Virus record (IMG/VR): IMGVR_UViG_3300029969_000013
Coordinates: 1 to 64,000 of that record
Reading direction: 5' to 3' (one strand)
Length of the DNA: 64,000 nt
From: a virus
Taxonomy: Duplodnaviria > Caudoviricetes
Under the pieces are notes generated by a model, which did not search any database, was not told the origin of the DNA, and saw nothing but the letters and a program-made list of their open reading frames with translations. A program made the translations under genes and the position numbers. Positions 18,793 to 29,746 of the stretch are shown here, piece by piece. Numbering within the stretch: the first letter of the stretch is position 1; each line of letters starts with the position of its first letter.

Positions 18793-21615
18793 ATGAATTT
18801 TGTCAAGTTTCCAGTAAACGCTACAAATATATTTCCTATTGCTAATACTAAGAAGGGTGGACAGTTAGTAACTGAATTCAATCTTAGAACTATAGATAGC
18901 GTAAGTACTGATGAATCTATTCAATATATGACTGGGCCTTCTTATGTACATGCTTCAACTGATTTTGAAGTTAAAAGCCAAGGTTCAAATGATGCATTCT
19001 TTGCAGATCAAGATATATCTGGATCAAGTTCAGTATTAACTATCATGCCAGGTAGAGGTGTTATCAATGGTCACTTTGTAGAGTTACTTTCACCTATTGA
19101 AATTGATATGACAGAGGCATATGCATTAGCTACTAAAGCAGGTGAAACTTTAAATGGTGCATTAGCTATTGGACTTAAAGCAATGTACAGTAGTGAAACT
19201 ACTATGGCAGGTGCATTGTTACCTGAGTCTGTATCAGAGATTAATGTAGAAAATCCTGAAGATAGCATAAGCTCGTTGTATGAGGGTATTCAAATTGTAA
19301 TTTTACCTGTAGAAGAATTTATATTACCTATAGATTCACCTACAGATGCATCATTAGTAACTGCTCATATAAAGCTGGCTCAATTTACTTATATAAATGG
19401 TGCAATCAAAGGGTTAACTAACAACTATCCTGATAAGTGTATAATGTTACCAGCAAGTAGAGTAGGTACTATGGGTGGAAATGGCAATAGTAGTGGTGCG
19501 TCTAGTGAATTTATCAGCAAAAAAGGTCTAGATCCTAAGAAGCTATATACATACGCAGGATACAGTACTAAGAAAACACCTGAGGGTGAAACTGTAGTAG
19601 CTGATACTTGGTGCGATTCTATGGATGCACTGATGGTGTGGGATGCAGATCCACAACTGATACCTGCTAGTTCTGAAGATGCAATTCAACCTTATAGTGA
19701 AGCTACATTTGCAGTGCATGGAAATGAAGTTCGTCTGTATCTTCCTCACAAACAGCCTGATATTAATGGTAAAGAATTCATAACTGACCAAACAGGTGCA
19801 CCTCAACGTTATAAAGCTAAATCATATCCATTACCTGTTGCAAGCTTTGTAAATGGTACACCTGGAACAGTTGATGCTGCTTATACAAATAATGTCAAGA
19901 AGATTAAAAACATGATAAACAACATATATCAACTTATGTTGGCTAAAGGCACTCAACGAGGTTATATTGATATATTATCTTTCAACGATGACGGTGGTAA
20001 AGATCTACCTGATATCAATACAAACTGGGCAGTAGGGGATTACATACTTGTAGGTACAGATAATACAGTAAATGAAACCACCGAAACTGTTACTACATGG
20101 ATAAGAAATCCATCTACTTTATATGTAGTGTTACCTGGTGTTGTTAATACTATTTCTAGTCCAGCAAAACCAGCAAGGCCTGATGGAATGGAACTTGCAT
20201 CTGTTACATTGTCTGGTGAGCAGATGGAAGAATTAGGTATAAACAGTGGTGGTATGTTAGTTCTAGATACTGATAAATTCAATAAAATAATTGATTTGAA
20301 GGCTACTGAATATAGAGGTATACCAAATCATGATTATTTTACCATAACTTACGATACTGGAGCATTAACACAGAATACAATTTATTATACTGTAGCAAGC
20401 ATTTTACCAGGTTCTAGAATATATACTGACCCTCCTATAATGCTTACTGGTCAAATTCCGCTTGCAAGTACAGAACAAATTGGTGGATTTATAGATGTAG
20501 AAGAGACTGCACTTGACCAGGGTTTTGTTCATCTAGATAGCAACGGTAATCTTGTTTTACTTGATTATGCATTACTAAGATCAGGTGTACTTGCTTATCA
20601 GTTAGGAGAAGATTTTACAACACCTGCAGGTTCAAGTTATGAAGAAATACAATCCTTGCTCAATGAGTATGTAAACGAACGTGTTGCATTTCCAAATGCA
20701 TCTCATCTAGAAACATCTGAACATCCACATGTTATCTATATCAATTTGAATTTAAGTGCAGCTGAATCACCTACAGTTTTAAATATTGGTGACATTGATT
20801 CTAGATTTGGAACTTCTATATGTTTAAACATATTCGGAGAGATTGATTCAAATACTATAATAAATATCAGTAACTGCGAGAAGATACGAATCGGAAATAT
20901 ACCAATCTCTACAAATGGTGGTCCACAGATTAATCTATATAGATGTAATTTGTATTATGATGCGGGTGTACTCAACTGGGTAAGAAATATTGACAATTTG
21001 CAACTATGGTATGAGAAGTATGCTGTAAATGGTGAAGATCTTTCGACTTTACCAGATCTAATGGTAGATGGGCTTACTGTTACAGAAGTAGGATATCCAC
21101 CAGCTGGACAAGATATAGGATACTGGACAGAGGATACTCCTAATGATAATCATTTTAGATATGCACTGAAAAGTGTAACACTCGACACGCATGGTATGGT
21201 AACAGGTTGTGCTGTATTAGTTAAAAATGAAAGTACTGCAAACGTAGAAACTGGTAAGTTAATCATTTCTGGTAAATGTGATTTCCCTTCTGGTAATGGC
21301 CTAGATATGCCACTTGCTAGAATTGATAAGCCTGTTAAGATTACAGGAGAATTCATAGTAGCTTATTCAACTACGTACGACAATACATCAAAACGCATGT
21401 TAGTACAAGATACTAAATTCACAATGATTACTCCTTACTATGATGGTCTTGATATTACAAATAATAAGGCTGGAACATTAGTACCTGGAAAGATACACTT
21501 CTTATGCGATGTATTCTATGTATCTCGAACAGAGGGATTAGATCCACCTCCGCAGTCATTAGATGGATGGGACACATCAACATATCATATGTTTGAAGGC
21601 TACACGCTTTCATAA
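18793..21615 (+). CDS. Large virion structural protein (tail/baseplate associated)
   Basis: 940 aa, beta-rich, in the tail module after a late-type promoter motif. Confidence 0.55.
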   Translation: MNFVKFPVNATNIFPIANTKKGGQLVTEFNLRTIDSVSTDESIQYMTGPSYVHASTDFEVKSQGSNDAFFADQDISGSSSVLTIMPGRGVINGHFVELLSPIEIDMTEAYALATKAGETLNGALAIGLKAMYSSETTMAGALLPESVSEINVENPEDSISSLYEGIQIVILPVEEFILPIDSPTDASLVTAHIKLAQFTYINGAIKGLTNNYPDKCIMLPASRVGTMGGNGNSSGASSEFISKKGLDPKKLYTYAGYSTKKTPEGETVVADTWCDSMDALMVWDADPQLIPASSEDAIQPYSEATFAVHGNEVRLYLPHKQPDINGKEFITDQTGAPQRYKAKSYPLPVASFVNGTPGTVDAAYTNNVKKIKNMINNIYQLMLAKGTQRGYIDILSFNDDGGKDLPDINTNWAVGDYILVGTDNTVNETTETVTTWIRNPSTLYVVLPGVVNTISSPAKPARPDGMELASVTLSGEQMEELGINSGGMLVLDTDKFNKIIDLKATEYRGIPNHDYFTITYDTGALTQNTIYYTVASILPGSRIYTDPPIMLTGQIPLASTEQIGGFIDVEETALDQGFVHLDSNGNLVLLDYALLRSGVLAYQLGEDFTTPAGSSYEEIQSLLNEYVNERVAFPNASHLETSEHPHVIYINLNLSAAESPTVLNIGDIDSRFGTSICLNIFGEIDSNTIINISNCEKIRIGNIPISTNGGPQINLYRCNLYYDAGVLNWVRNIDNLQLWYEKYAVNGEDLSTLPDLMVDGLTVTEVGYPPAGQDIGYWTEDTPNDNHFRYALKSVTLDTHGMVTGCAVLVKNESTANVETGKLIISGKCDFPSGNGLDMPLARIDKPVKITGEFIVAYSTTYDNTSKRMLVQDTKFTMITPYYDGLDITNNKAGTLVPGKIHFLCDVFYVSRTEGLDPPPQSLDGWDTSTYHMFEGYTLS

Positions 21616-21632
21616 TTGGGGGTGCTTATATC

Positions 21633-22268
21633 GTGTTTATACATGATCTTATCAAGATACATTTAGTTAGGGAGGGTTACCTTCCTAACTATCCATATCA
21701 TCTAATATCTGATGTTGAAATGTGCGATGCATTTTTCAACAAAGATGATGAATCTAAAAGCTACTTCCATGTAACATATCCAAGAAGTGTTGCTGAAAAT
21801 GTAGGACCTGCTTATACATTAAGAGACTGCAAAGGTGAACCTATATTAGATGAAAACGGAAATGAAATAATTGAAACTCCATATGAGGGTCTTGAACGTG
21901 TAATCGGATATTATATGAACAAACTGAAAACTACACATGACGACACATGTGTACTTCCAGATTGGGTGTATTCTTATATGTTAGGTGAAGTCATAAGTGT
22001 GCATAGTGAAATAATAGATATACACGATCTGATAAAACCTTTAGGTGTAGATAACATAGATGATATATTTACTCCTGTAGCTGCAAAAGCTTGCTACGAT
22101 ACTAGTAGAAAGTGGATAAAACAACATTTGATAGATGTATGGGGGCATAATGAGTCTGGATTAGATTCTACAGAATGTCCAGGGTGTCAAAATGTAAGAC
22201 CTCCTACAATGTTTGGTGAGCCGCATGTAATAAAAAGCATTCGACTTGATAGTGTATCTCCTATATAA
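21633..22268 (+). CDS. Hypothetical protein in the baseplate module
   Basis: GGGGTG SD, GTG start. Confidence 0.65.
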   Translation: MFIHDLIKIHLVREGYLPNYPYHLISDVEMCDAFFNKDDESKSYFHVTYPRSVAENVGPAYTLRDCKGEPILDENGNEIIETPYEGLERVIGYYMNKLKTTHDDTCVLPDWVYSYMLGEVISVHSEIIDIHDLIKPLGVDNIDDIFTPVAAKACYDTSRKWIKQHLIDVWGHNESGLDSTECPGCQNVRPPTMFGEPHVIKSIRLDSVSPI

Positions 22269-22282
22269 GGTGGTGATAATAA

Positions 22283-23278
22283 ATGCAATTCTTAAAGATA
22301 ACACCTTCAACTACATTGTCTGATTTATCTTCACAGGTAGGTGTACGCAATGTAGATGCTATATTGTCATTAAACATGATAGATCGTGTTCCTAATATTG
22401 GTCAAGCTTATCAAAATAACTACGAGAAGGCTCAATCGCGTGATGCAGTACAAGCTCAGACTAAAATAACACGCTTGAATACAATGACATCTGATTCAGA
22501 TGTATTTGAAACAGCCGCATTATTAAATGAGCTAGATTGGAGATATCTAGAAACATATGGTAGTTTGCCTAATGCATTACACATACCAGAGACTATTACA
22601 TTACCAAGTTCTGTATCTATTGTAGGAAACGGTGAACCTGTATCTAGAACAATATATGATAACGTTATAGCCCAGCTGAATAAGTCATATACTATAGACC
22701 CGTCAGTATTCAGTGAATATAGTACTAGAAAAGGATCAACAATTTCAGATACCTCATCGTCTGAGGGCGTTATGCAATGGTTCAAACTTCCATGGGGTTT
22801 AATTACATTACATTCGTCTCTAAGTGGAAATTCTGTAGACTTCCCGGTGTATCCTGAGGATTTTGATGATAGTATTTCAGCTAACTATGAACAAATGCCT
22901 GAAACACTGTATCAGTATGAACCTTGGCAAGTGTATAAGAGCTCTGGACCCCGAACTAACACATATACATTCAAGATGCATCGTGATATGTGGACAGGGG
23001 ATCATAGAGATGGTAAATGTGCAGAACTTGTTAGATTTTGTCAAGCAAACTGTTATCCATTGTTTAAAGGAGCTGCTGTTCAAACTTCAATAGTTACATT
23101 ATACATTGCAGGCAAACCTCTCATTTCAGGTATAATGACCAATGTCAAAACTAAATTTGAAGGTCCTATTGGTCTTGATGATTTTCCGTTAGTATGTACA
23201 TTAGACATAACTATCACAGAAGTATCACAAGAAGCACTCAACTATACTAAAGTATCTGAGAAAGGGTTGATTGGATAA
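22283..23278 (+). CDS. Putative tail tube initiator (gp48/gp54-like) with N-terminal LysM-like segment
   Basis: KITPSTTLSDLS..AILSLN (LysM-like); YKSSGPRTNTYTFKMHRD (tube-initiator-like). Confidence 0.55.
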   Translation: MQFLKITPSTTLSDLSSQVGVRNVDAILSLNMIDRVPNIGQAYQNNYEKAQSRDAVQAQTKITRLNTMTSDSDVFETAALLNELDWRYLETYGSLPNALHIPETITLPSSVSIVGNGEPVSRTIYDNVIAQLNKSYTIDPSVFSEYSTRKGSTISDTSSSEGVMQWFKLPWGLITLHSSLSGNSVDFPVYPEDFDDSISANYEQMPETLYQYEPWQVYKSSGPRTNTYTFKMHRDMWTGDHRDGKCAELVRFCQANCYPLFKGAAVQTSIVTLYIAGKPLISGIMTNVKTKFEGPIGLDDFPLVCTLDITITEVSQEALNYTKVSEKGLIG

Positions 23279-23784
23279 TGCGAACAAGTTCAGATTTAAT
23301 ATATGATGAGGGCAAAGCATTAGAACAATATTTAGAGAAGAAAGATATACCATTCTATAAGCCTATATATTATGACACGCTTGTACCTTATCAGGTGTTA
23401 GAACACAAAGGTATACAATATAATGTATGTTATGATTATAATCATATAAGTCGATACAAAGGATTAAGACAGCTTACTCATAGTCCTGCTGAATCTGATA
23501 GATTCATAACATTGGAAACTCCTAATCCTATATTGAGTAATGCTAATTTCATATATTATGATGTACCATTGACAGAAGAAAACAGATTAGATCTGATAGC
23601 TAATAGATTTTATGGTTCAGCTCAGTATAGCTGGATAATTGCATATTTCAATGGCATTGAAGATGGATTTACAGTAAGTGAAGGTCAGAGATTACGTATT
23701 CTTGAAAACTTTACAGATCTATTCAGCAATGGTGAATTGCTTGCTCCAATTCCAGCATTGCAGTTGAATTTAGGTTCAGAATGA
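23278..23784 (+). CDS. Baseplate wedge protein gp53/tail X-like (LysM fold)
   Basis: ENRLDLIANRFYGSAQYSWIIAYFNGI..EGQRLRI. Confidence 0.75.
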   Translation: MRTSSDLIYDEGKALEQYLEKKDIPFYKPIYYDTLVPYQVLEHKGIQYNVCYDYNHISRYKGLRQLTHSPAESDRFITLETPNPILSNANFIYYDVPLTEENRLDLIANRFYGSAQYSWIIAYFNGIEDGFTVSEGQRLRILENFTDLFSNGELLAPIPALQLNLGSE

Positions 23785-23808
23785 TAATTTATGAAATGAG
23801 GTGGTACA

Positions 23809-25266
23809 GTGAAAAAACAACCATTTGTAAACTTTACATTAGCAGGCGTTAATCTTACTGAATTTGGAATGACTATTCCAAGTCCTGTATCTTCTCTAGA
23901 GATCGCAAATAGTGAAATAGCTAGTATGACATCATGGACACTTACATGCGTAGTAGGGGGAGATTCAAATAAGAAAATGAATGTAGCTGCATTTGAAGCT
24001 CTACTATATAGTGCTGCACAATCAGCAAGTCAATATGCTAATTCGAGTGGTATACCTGTAGCATTTATATTTGGTTGGCTTGATGATGCTGGTAATGTAG
24101 CTGAATATACATCTTATCAAGGATTCACACTTAAATTTACTGTATCAACAAATGGTCTGTATATGCAATATAAATTAACTGGGTATGCTACATTATCTAT
24201 GCAAAGTAGTATGCCGGTTCTCAGGATACCTGCTATATCTGGTATAGTACAACCATCTGCTATTGTAACAGCTTTAGCAAAATCTGTCAAAGCTACTTCT
24301 TATTATGAGTTAGATATTGATAGAAATGATGCTCCTACTCTAGTAAACCATGGTCCATTGACTACTAGCTTTAACAAGTATGTAAGAGGGGAATTTACAG
24401 GTGATGATGATTACGACGATTTTCCTGGATTACTTCCCCTATCTAAATCATATAGTGCATCTAGAGATTCTGCAGGTATAAAGTATCCATATAAAAAGTT
24501 AAGTCAGATACTAAATAATGTGTCAGTCTCGCCTATAGGTGATTTTCTTAAAACTAGTAATGTAGATACTACACCACAATGTTCGTCGTTCAGCTATTGG
24601 GTAGACGAACCTACTATGACACGACCTGGTGTCATACATTATAAGAGTAATGCCGGTTTGACATCAGCACAGAATAAAGATATACTTGAATTTGGTACAT
24701 CTAATACAAATGTATTAGCATTAACTGGTACATATGATGGTGTAGCTTATAATATGTCAAATATGAATTTCACACAACTTGGATTTTCAGTAGACGGTAG
24801 TGGTAATACAATTATGCAAGGTGCAGAAGTTGTAAATAGCTGGAGCAGCTCATTGGGACAGGTATTTCAAACTGCTAATATCATCAATGACATAAATGCG
24901 CTTGCTACACAGTTTAGCGGAGACTTTTCTGTTACTATTGCAGGTAGTGTAAAGCAATATTCATTAGCACAGCCGGTATCATTATTAGTTATGATGGGTG
25001 GTACTTTGTCTCCTATATCTGGTATATACAACATAACATCCGTTAGTCATGTATTGAGTACTACATTTTTAACTACATTGAAACTACAACGACTTGTAAT
25101 GAGTAGTGCAAATCAAGTTGCTACAACACAAGGAATATTTATTGGTGGCAGTGGTAAATATGGATCATCTTCATATACAACTACAAATAATATAATTACA
25201 CCATATAAAGTAGAATTAGGGGACATGTATCCTAATTTTGAACACATGTCTTCTAATATACTTTGA
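23809..25266 (+). CDS. Baseplate hub protein (gp27/gpD-like)
   Basis: Position; GIYNITSVSHVL..TTLKLQR C-terminal motif. Confidence 0.6.
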   Translation: MKKQPFVNFTLAGVNLTEFGMTIPSPVSSLEIANSEIASMTSWTLTCVVGGDSNKKMNVAAFEALLYSAAQSASQYANSSGIPVAFIFGWLDDAGNVAEYTSYQGFTLKFTVSTNGLYMQYKLTGYATLSMQSSMPVLRIPAISGIVQPSAIVTALAKSVKATSYYELDIDRNDAPTLVNHGPLTTSFNKYVRGEFTGDDDYDDFPGLLPLSKSYSASRDSAGIKYPYKKLSQILNNVSVSPIGDFLKTSNVDTTPQCSSFSYWVDEPTMTRPGVIHYKSNAGLTSAQNKDILEFGTSNTNVLALTGTYDGVAYNMSNMNFTQLGFSVDGSGNTIMQGAEVVNSWSSSLGQVFQTANIINDINALATQFSGDFSVTIAGSVKQYSLAQPVSLLVMMGGTLSPISGIYNITSVSHVLSTTFLTTLKLQRLVMSSANQVATTQGIFIGGSGKYGSSSYTTTNNIITPYKVELGDMYPNFEHMSSNIL

Positions 25267-25844
25267 TGCATGGAGGTGCAATGTCAATGGCAGCTGTGTA
25301 TAAGAAACTTTCTAATTCACCGCTTACAAAATCAGATACTAATATACTAGTACCATATATAGATAGTCAATCTCATAGTTGGTATAAGAAATATGGCGGA
25401 TATCATACTGGTGTAGATGTTGAAGGTTCAGAAATATATGCATATCAATCAGGTGTTGTGATTCAGATTGGGGATTTAGATGACGGCCTAAAAGCAGTCG
25501 TTATACAATATACAGCCAATATATCTTTACGATATGCAAATATGTCAAGTTTACTTATAAAGATGGGCGATGTTATTAAACCTGGTGAATTATTAGGAAT
25601 AGCCAAGAAATTCGTACATTTTGAATATTTATCTAAAACTAAAGAAGATTCAATATGGCCTGTTCGTGTCGGTACTATGACATACTTCAAACATAATCCT
25701 GAATTGATATTTGACGGTGTTGTAAAGCTAAATGCTAATGATTGGTCACAAATAAAGACAGCTGATACTACAAGTCGACCTTATGTATTGAGAGAATCTC
25801 AATATTCTGAATTTGATACAGATGGTAGCGGAGGTGATAGATAG
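25263..25844 (+). CDS. M23 peptidase-family protein, likely degenerate
   Basis: YHTGVD (HxxxD) present; HxH reduced to FVHFE and YAH replaced by YAN. Confidence 0.7.
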   Translation: MMHGGAMSMAAVYKKLSNSPLTKSDTNILVPYIDSQSHSWYKKYGGYHTGVDVEGSEIYAYQSGVVIQIGDLDDGLKAVVIQYTANISLRYANMSSLLIKMGDVIKPGELLGIAKKFVHFEYLSKTKEDSIWPVRVGTMTYFKHNPELIFDGVVKLNANDWSQIKTADTTSRPYVLRESQYSEFDTDGSGGDR

Positions 25845-27559
25845 TGTCAAATTCTAACCTTGTAAGTTATATAGATTCTGGTTCTAAAAATTATAATGCA
25901 CGTACTGGGTCTATCACAAAGATAACTGTACATCATGCAGCTGGAAAATGTACATTATCCCAATTTACAAACATAATGCATTCTGGGCGTGAAGTTAGTT
26001 GGAATTATGCAATTGCATATGATGGCTCTATTGGATTATATATACCTGAAAAGTATAGAGCATGGACTACAGCTAATAGAGAAAATGACAATGTTGCAAT
26101 TACAATTGAAGTATCTAATTCATCAAATGGAGAGCCATGGCCTATATCAGATGCAGCTTATAAATCATTGTTGAATTTATGTGAAGATATATGTAGAAGA
26201 AATAATATACAAGCTATACAATATACAGGTAATAAGTCAGGAAACTTAACAATGCATAAATGGTTTGCATCTACAGGATGTCCAGGACCTACATTATCAA
26301 CTAAATTCTCAGACATAATGCAGAAAGTCAATACACGATTAGGTCAACCAAGTACATTACCATATATAACAGATCCTACTACTGGTGAAGTTACAGCTGC
26401 TGGTTTAGTATATAATGCAGTTACTATAGATATTGCATCTTTAGTTGATTATTCACAATTTACTCCATATGTAGCAACTATTGATAGAACTGTTAAGTCT
26501 ATAGATTTCAAAAAACTAAAAGAACATAGTGTATCAGCTGTTATGATTGAAGCTGGTGGTCTATATAATCGTTCACATTCTGTAGTAGAAAACTATGCTA
26601 ATCCATTACTAGATGAGCAAGTAAGAGGTGCAGGTGAAGCTTCTATTGATTATGGATTGATTGCAGATGTACGTTCTAGAAATGTAGAAGAAGCTAATGC
26701 TGAATTGAAAGAGCTTACAAGAATAATACAGAAGTATACACCACCATACGGCGTTTGGTTGAATTTGAATTTATCCGCTGATAAATCTACCAACAATAAG
26801 ATAATAGATAGATATGAATTTGTATTACAAGCTTTAGGTTTGAAAGATAAAATAGGATTCTATGCTACTAGAGAACAGATGTCAAAAATTGATTGGAATG
26901 AAGATCGTCAAAACATTTGGTATCTATGGCTCAATAACCATGTAAAAGAAGAAGAGCATTTAGCACAGCTGCTGTCTCCTGAATTTTTCATGTTTGATAA
27001 AGATAAAGCAAGCGATGTACCTGTTATCAATACTACAATTTATACTGGATATAGTGATACTGGAATAGAATCTGGAATACTTACAGAATACAGCGATTGG
27101 GTGTTTGTAGGTGATTCTAGGACTGTAGGCATGGGCAATAGTGTTTCAGGTATAACAACTATGGCGAAGGTTGGCGGAAATTATAAGTACTTCTCGTCTT
27201 TGATATCTAATATCAAGAAGCTTCATAATAAGAATATTGTACTTTGGTTTGGTGTCAATGATTTGAATAATGTAAGTAAATATGTGATGGCCTATAACGA
27301 TTTATGTTTCACCATGACAGATTGTAAAATAATTGTAGCAACTGTAGGTCCTACAAGAGGTTCATATGCTAAATTGATGCCAGACATACAAGATTTCAAC
27401 GCTGCATTGAAAGATAGATTGAATCATAATATTACAATTGTCGATGTATGTTCTAAAATGATAAGTGGTACGTATACATCACCTGATGGGTTGCATTATA
27501 ATTCAAAAACTTATAAATGTGTATATAACTACATTACAAATGGAGTATATACAGAATAG
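25844..27559 (+). CDS. Virion-associated hydrolase: Amidase_2 + degenerate GH25-like + SGNH/GDSL esterase
   Basis: ITVHHAAG..AWT..ITIEV..HKWFASTGCPG; IDFKKLK..VMIEAG; GDSRT/GVND/DGLHY. Confidence 0.8.
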   Translation: MSNSNLVSYIDSGSKNYNARTGSITKITVHHAAGKCTLSQFTNIMHSGREVSWNYAIAYDGSIGLYIPEKYRAWTTANRENDNVAITIEVSNSSNGEPWPISDAAYKSLLNLCEDICRRNNIQAIQYTGNKSGNLTMHKWFASTGCPGPTLSTKFSDIMQKVNTRLGQPSTLPYITDPTTGEVTAAGLVYNAVTIDIASLVDYSQFTPYVATIDRTVKSIDFKKLKEHSVSAVMIEAGGLYNRSHSVVENYANPLLDEQVRGAGEASIDYGLIADVRSRNVEEANAELKELTRIIQKYTPPYGVWLNLNLSADKSTNNKIIDRYEFVLQALGLKDKIGFYATREQMSKIDWNEDRQNIWYLWLNNHVKEEEHLAQLLSPEFFMFDKDKASDVPVINTTIYTGYSDTGIESGILTEYSDWVFVGDSRTVGMGNSVSGITTMAKVGGNYKYFSSLISNIKKLHNKNIVLWFGVNDLNNVSKYVMAYNDLCFTMTDCKIIVATVGPTRGSYAKLMPDIQDFNAALKDRLNHNITIVDVCSKMISGTYTSPDGLHYNSKTYKCVYNYITNGVYTE

Positions 27560-27574
27560 TAAAGGTGTGGTAAT

Positions 27575-29737
27575 ATGAGTTTTGTTCCTAGATTAGAAGC
27601 TCCTTCAAGCTCTAGTCCGTATTGGAGGACTACCGGCTCAGGTGGCTATAACAAATGTATAAATATATCAGGTGGTTCTACTATACCGAACTGTGTAGGA
27701 TATGCTTATGGTAGATTCATGGAAATAATGCAAGCTACATCATGTAACTTGTCAACAAACAATGCAGGAAAGTGGTATGGTAACACAAGTGATGGATATG
27801 CTCGTAGCGATAAACCACAATTAGGTGCTGTAATTTGTTGGGACCACCCTGGGCAAGCTGGACATGTAGCTATTGTAGAAAAAATAAATTCTGATGGTTC
27901 AATAGTTACATCAAATAGTGCATACAATGGTAAACTATTCTATACGCAAACACTTAATCCACCTAATTATACATGGAGTAGTAACTATAAGCTGCAAGGA
28001 TTCATATGTAACCCTTCAGTATCTGGAAACAATACAATTGGACAAGCAAGTAAGTTATCATTATTTTTACAAACTGCTAAATCACAAATAGGAAAGAAGC
28101 AGGATTGGGTCAGATCTGTCATAAATTGTGGTGATATTGAATGGTGTGCTGCATTTGTATGTGCATGTGCAAAAATTGCAGGTGTGTTAGATGTCATAAT
28201 TCCTAATAGTTATGGCTGCGGAACATTATTGAGTACTGGAGTAAGCAAAGGATGGGGCACATTTCTTAAAGGACCTTGGTTCAACTGTAATGTAATACCG
28301 CAGGCTGGTGATTTAATAACATTTAGACGCAATCGTGGTTATACAGATGAATACTCTTGTAGTCATATAGGAATAGTTACAGGGTGTGACGGATCTACTG
28401 TATATACTGTAGAGGGTAATACTGTTACATATGATAGACATACAAGTTCTATAAAGGATAAAAGTTATGGTGTATCTTATGAATGTATTCATGGATATTA
28501 TAGACCTAATTGGTCTGTAGTAGGTGCAAGTGCTGGAGATTGGATGCTTGGCGGTGGTGCAGCATTTTCGTTATACAATACACAGAATACCCGTGAAGAT
28601 GCTATGATACGTGAAATTGGATACTTAGATAACGATTATAAACCTTCTATATCTACATCCAAGATAAAATTGTCCGTTATTAATTATACATCGAAACTGG
28701 CTGAAGTATTTTCTCAAATAACTGTTGCGTATGGTGGATTTGGTGATGTAATGGTAGATGGTATAGATGATCCAAACGCTCGCACAATCATAGCTTATTT
28801 AGTTGGGAAAGGTCTGAATGCAGCAGCTGCTTGTGGAGTATGCGGAAATGTGAAACATGAGTCTGGATATAAAACAGATGCAGTTGGTGACTATGGCACA
28901 TCATTTGGAATATGTCAATGGCATAATGAACGTGGTACTAACATGAAGAGCTTTGTAGGTAGTGATTGGGCAACTAATCTAACAGGTCAACTTGATTTCT
29001 TATGGAATGATCTGACATCATTGTTACCATCGACTCTTAAGAAATTACAAGCAGTTCCGAATACTGTAGAAGGCGCTAAACGTGCTGCTGATGTATTTGT
29101 TCGTGAGTTTGAACGTCCTGCACAAGTAGATACACAGTCGGCGTTACGTCAAGCAACTGCTGCTGGGTTATTCAGTAGTTGTGTTATACAACAATCAACT
29201 GCTGCTGGTGGAGGTGTAGCGAGTCAGGTAACTACACAATCTGGGGGTACACCGTCTAATCCTAAGACAATAACAATACCTGCAAATGTCAATCAGTCTG
29301 GTATTACAGCAAATTATACTAACTACACATATTTTTATACTAGATGGGCTAGAAGTTCTATACAGCGAAAACTTGCAGATATATGGAATCAACAAGGTAG
29401 GCCTAGTGATAGGAACATTGCTACTATAAACGGATATTATTTATGTGCTGTAACTTTGACTATAGGAACAACTGGGGATCTAATAACTGTTGTATTGCAA
29501 GACGGTACTTCATTCAATTGTATAATAGCTGATTCTAAAGGTGCAAATCCTGGATTGACTGGAGAATCGGGCAATCAATTTGGACATTCATTCGGAAATG
29601 GAACTATTGATGTCATTGAATGGGAGAAGAAAGGATCGGCAGCTTCTGGGACTGACAATCATACACAGATTGACTTAAAAGGGTGGAAAGGTAAGAAAGT
29701 AGCCAAAATTCTTAATTATGGAACATTTCTTAAGTAA
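27575..29737 (+). CDS. Virion-associated hydrolase: two CHAP-like domains + phage tail lysozyme + C-terminal beta domain
   Basis: NCVGYAYGR/GHVAIVE; WCAAFV/SHIGIV; GNVKHESG..GICQW..FERP. Confidence 0.85.
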   Translation: MSFVPRLEAPSSSSPYWRTTGSGGYNKCINISGGSTIPNCVGYAYGRFMEIMQATSCNLSTNNAGKWYGNTSDGYARSDKPQLGAVICWDHPGQAGHVAIVEKINSDGSIVTSNSAYNGKLFYTQTLNPPNYTWSSNYKLQGFICNPSVSGNNTIGQASKLSLFLQTAKSQIGKKQDWVRSVINCGDIEWCAAFVCACAKIAGVLDVIIPNSYGCGTLLSTGVSKGWGTFLKGPWFNCNVIPQAGDLITFRRNRGYTDEYSCSHIGIVTGCDGSTVYTVEGNTVTYDRHTSSIKDKSYGVSYECIHGYYRPNWSVVGASAGDWMLGGGAAFSLYNTQNTREDAMIREIGYLDNDYKPSISTSKIKLSVINYTSKLAEVFSQITVAYGGFGDVMVDGIDDPNARTIIAYLVGKGLNAAAACGVCGNVKHESGYKTDAVGDYGTSFGICQWHNERGTNMKSFVGSDWATNLTGQLDFLWNDLTSLLPSTLKKLQAVPNTVEGAKRAADVFVREFERPAQVDTQSALRQATAAGLFSSCVIQQSTAAGGGVASQVTTQSGGTPSNPKTITIPANVNQSGITANYTNYTYFYTRWARSSIQRKLADIWNQQGRPSDRNIATINGYYLCAVTLTIGTTGDLITVVLQDGTSFNCIIADSKGANPGLTGESGNQFGHSFGNGTIDVIEWEKKGSAASGTDNHTQIDLKGWKGKKVAKILNYGTFLK

Positions 29738-29746
29738 GGTGATATC

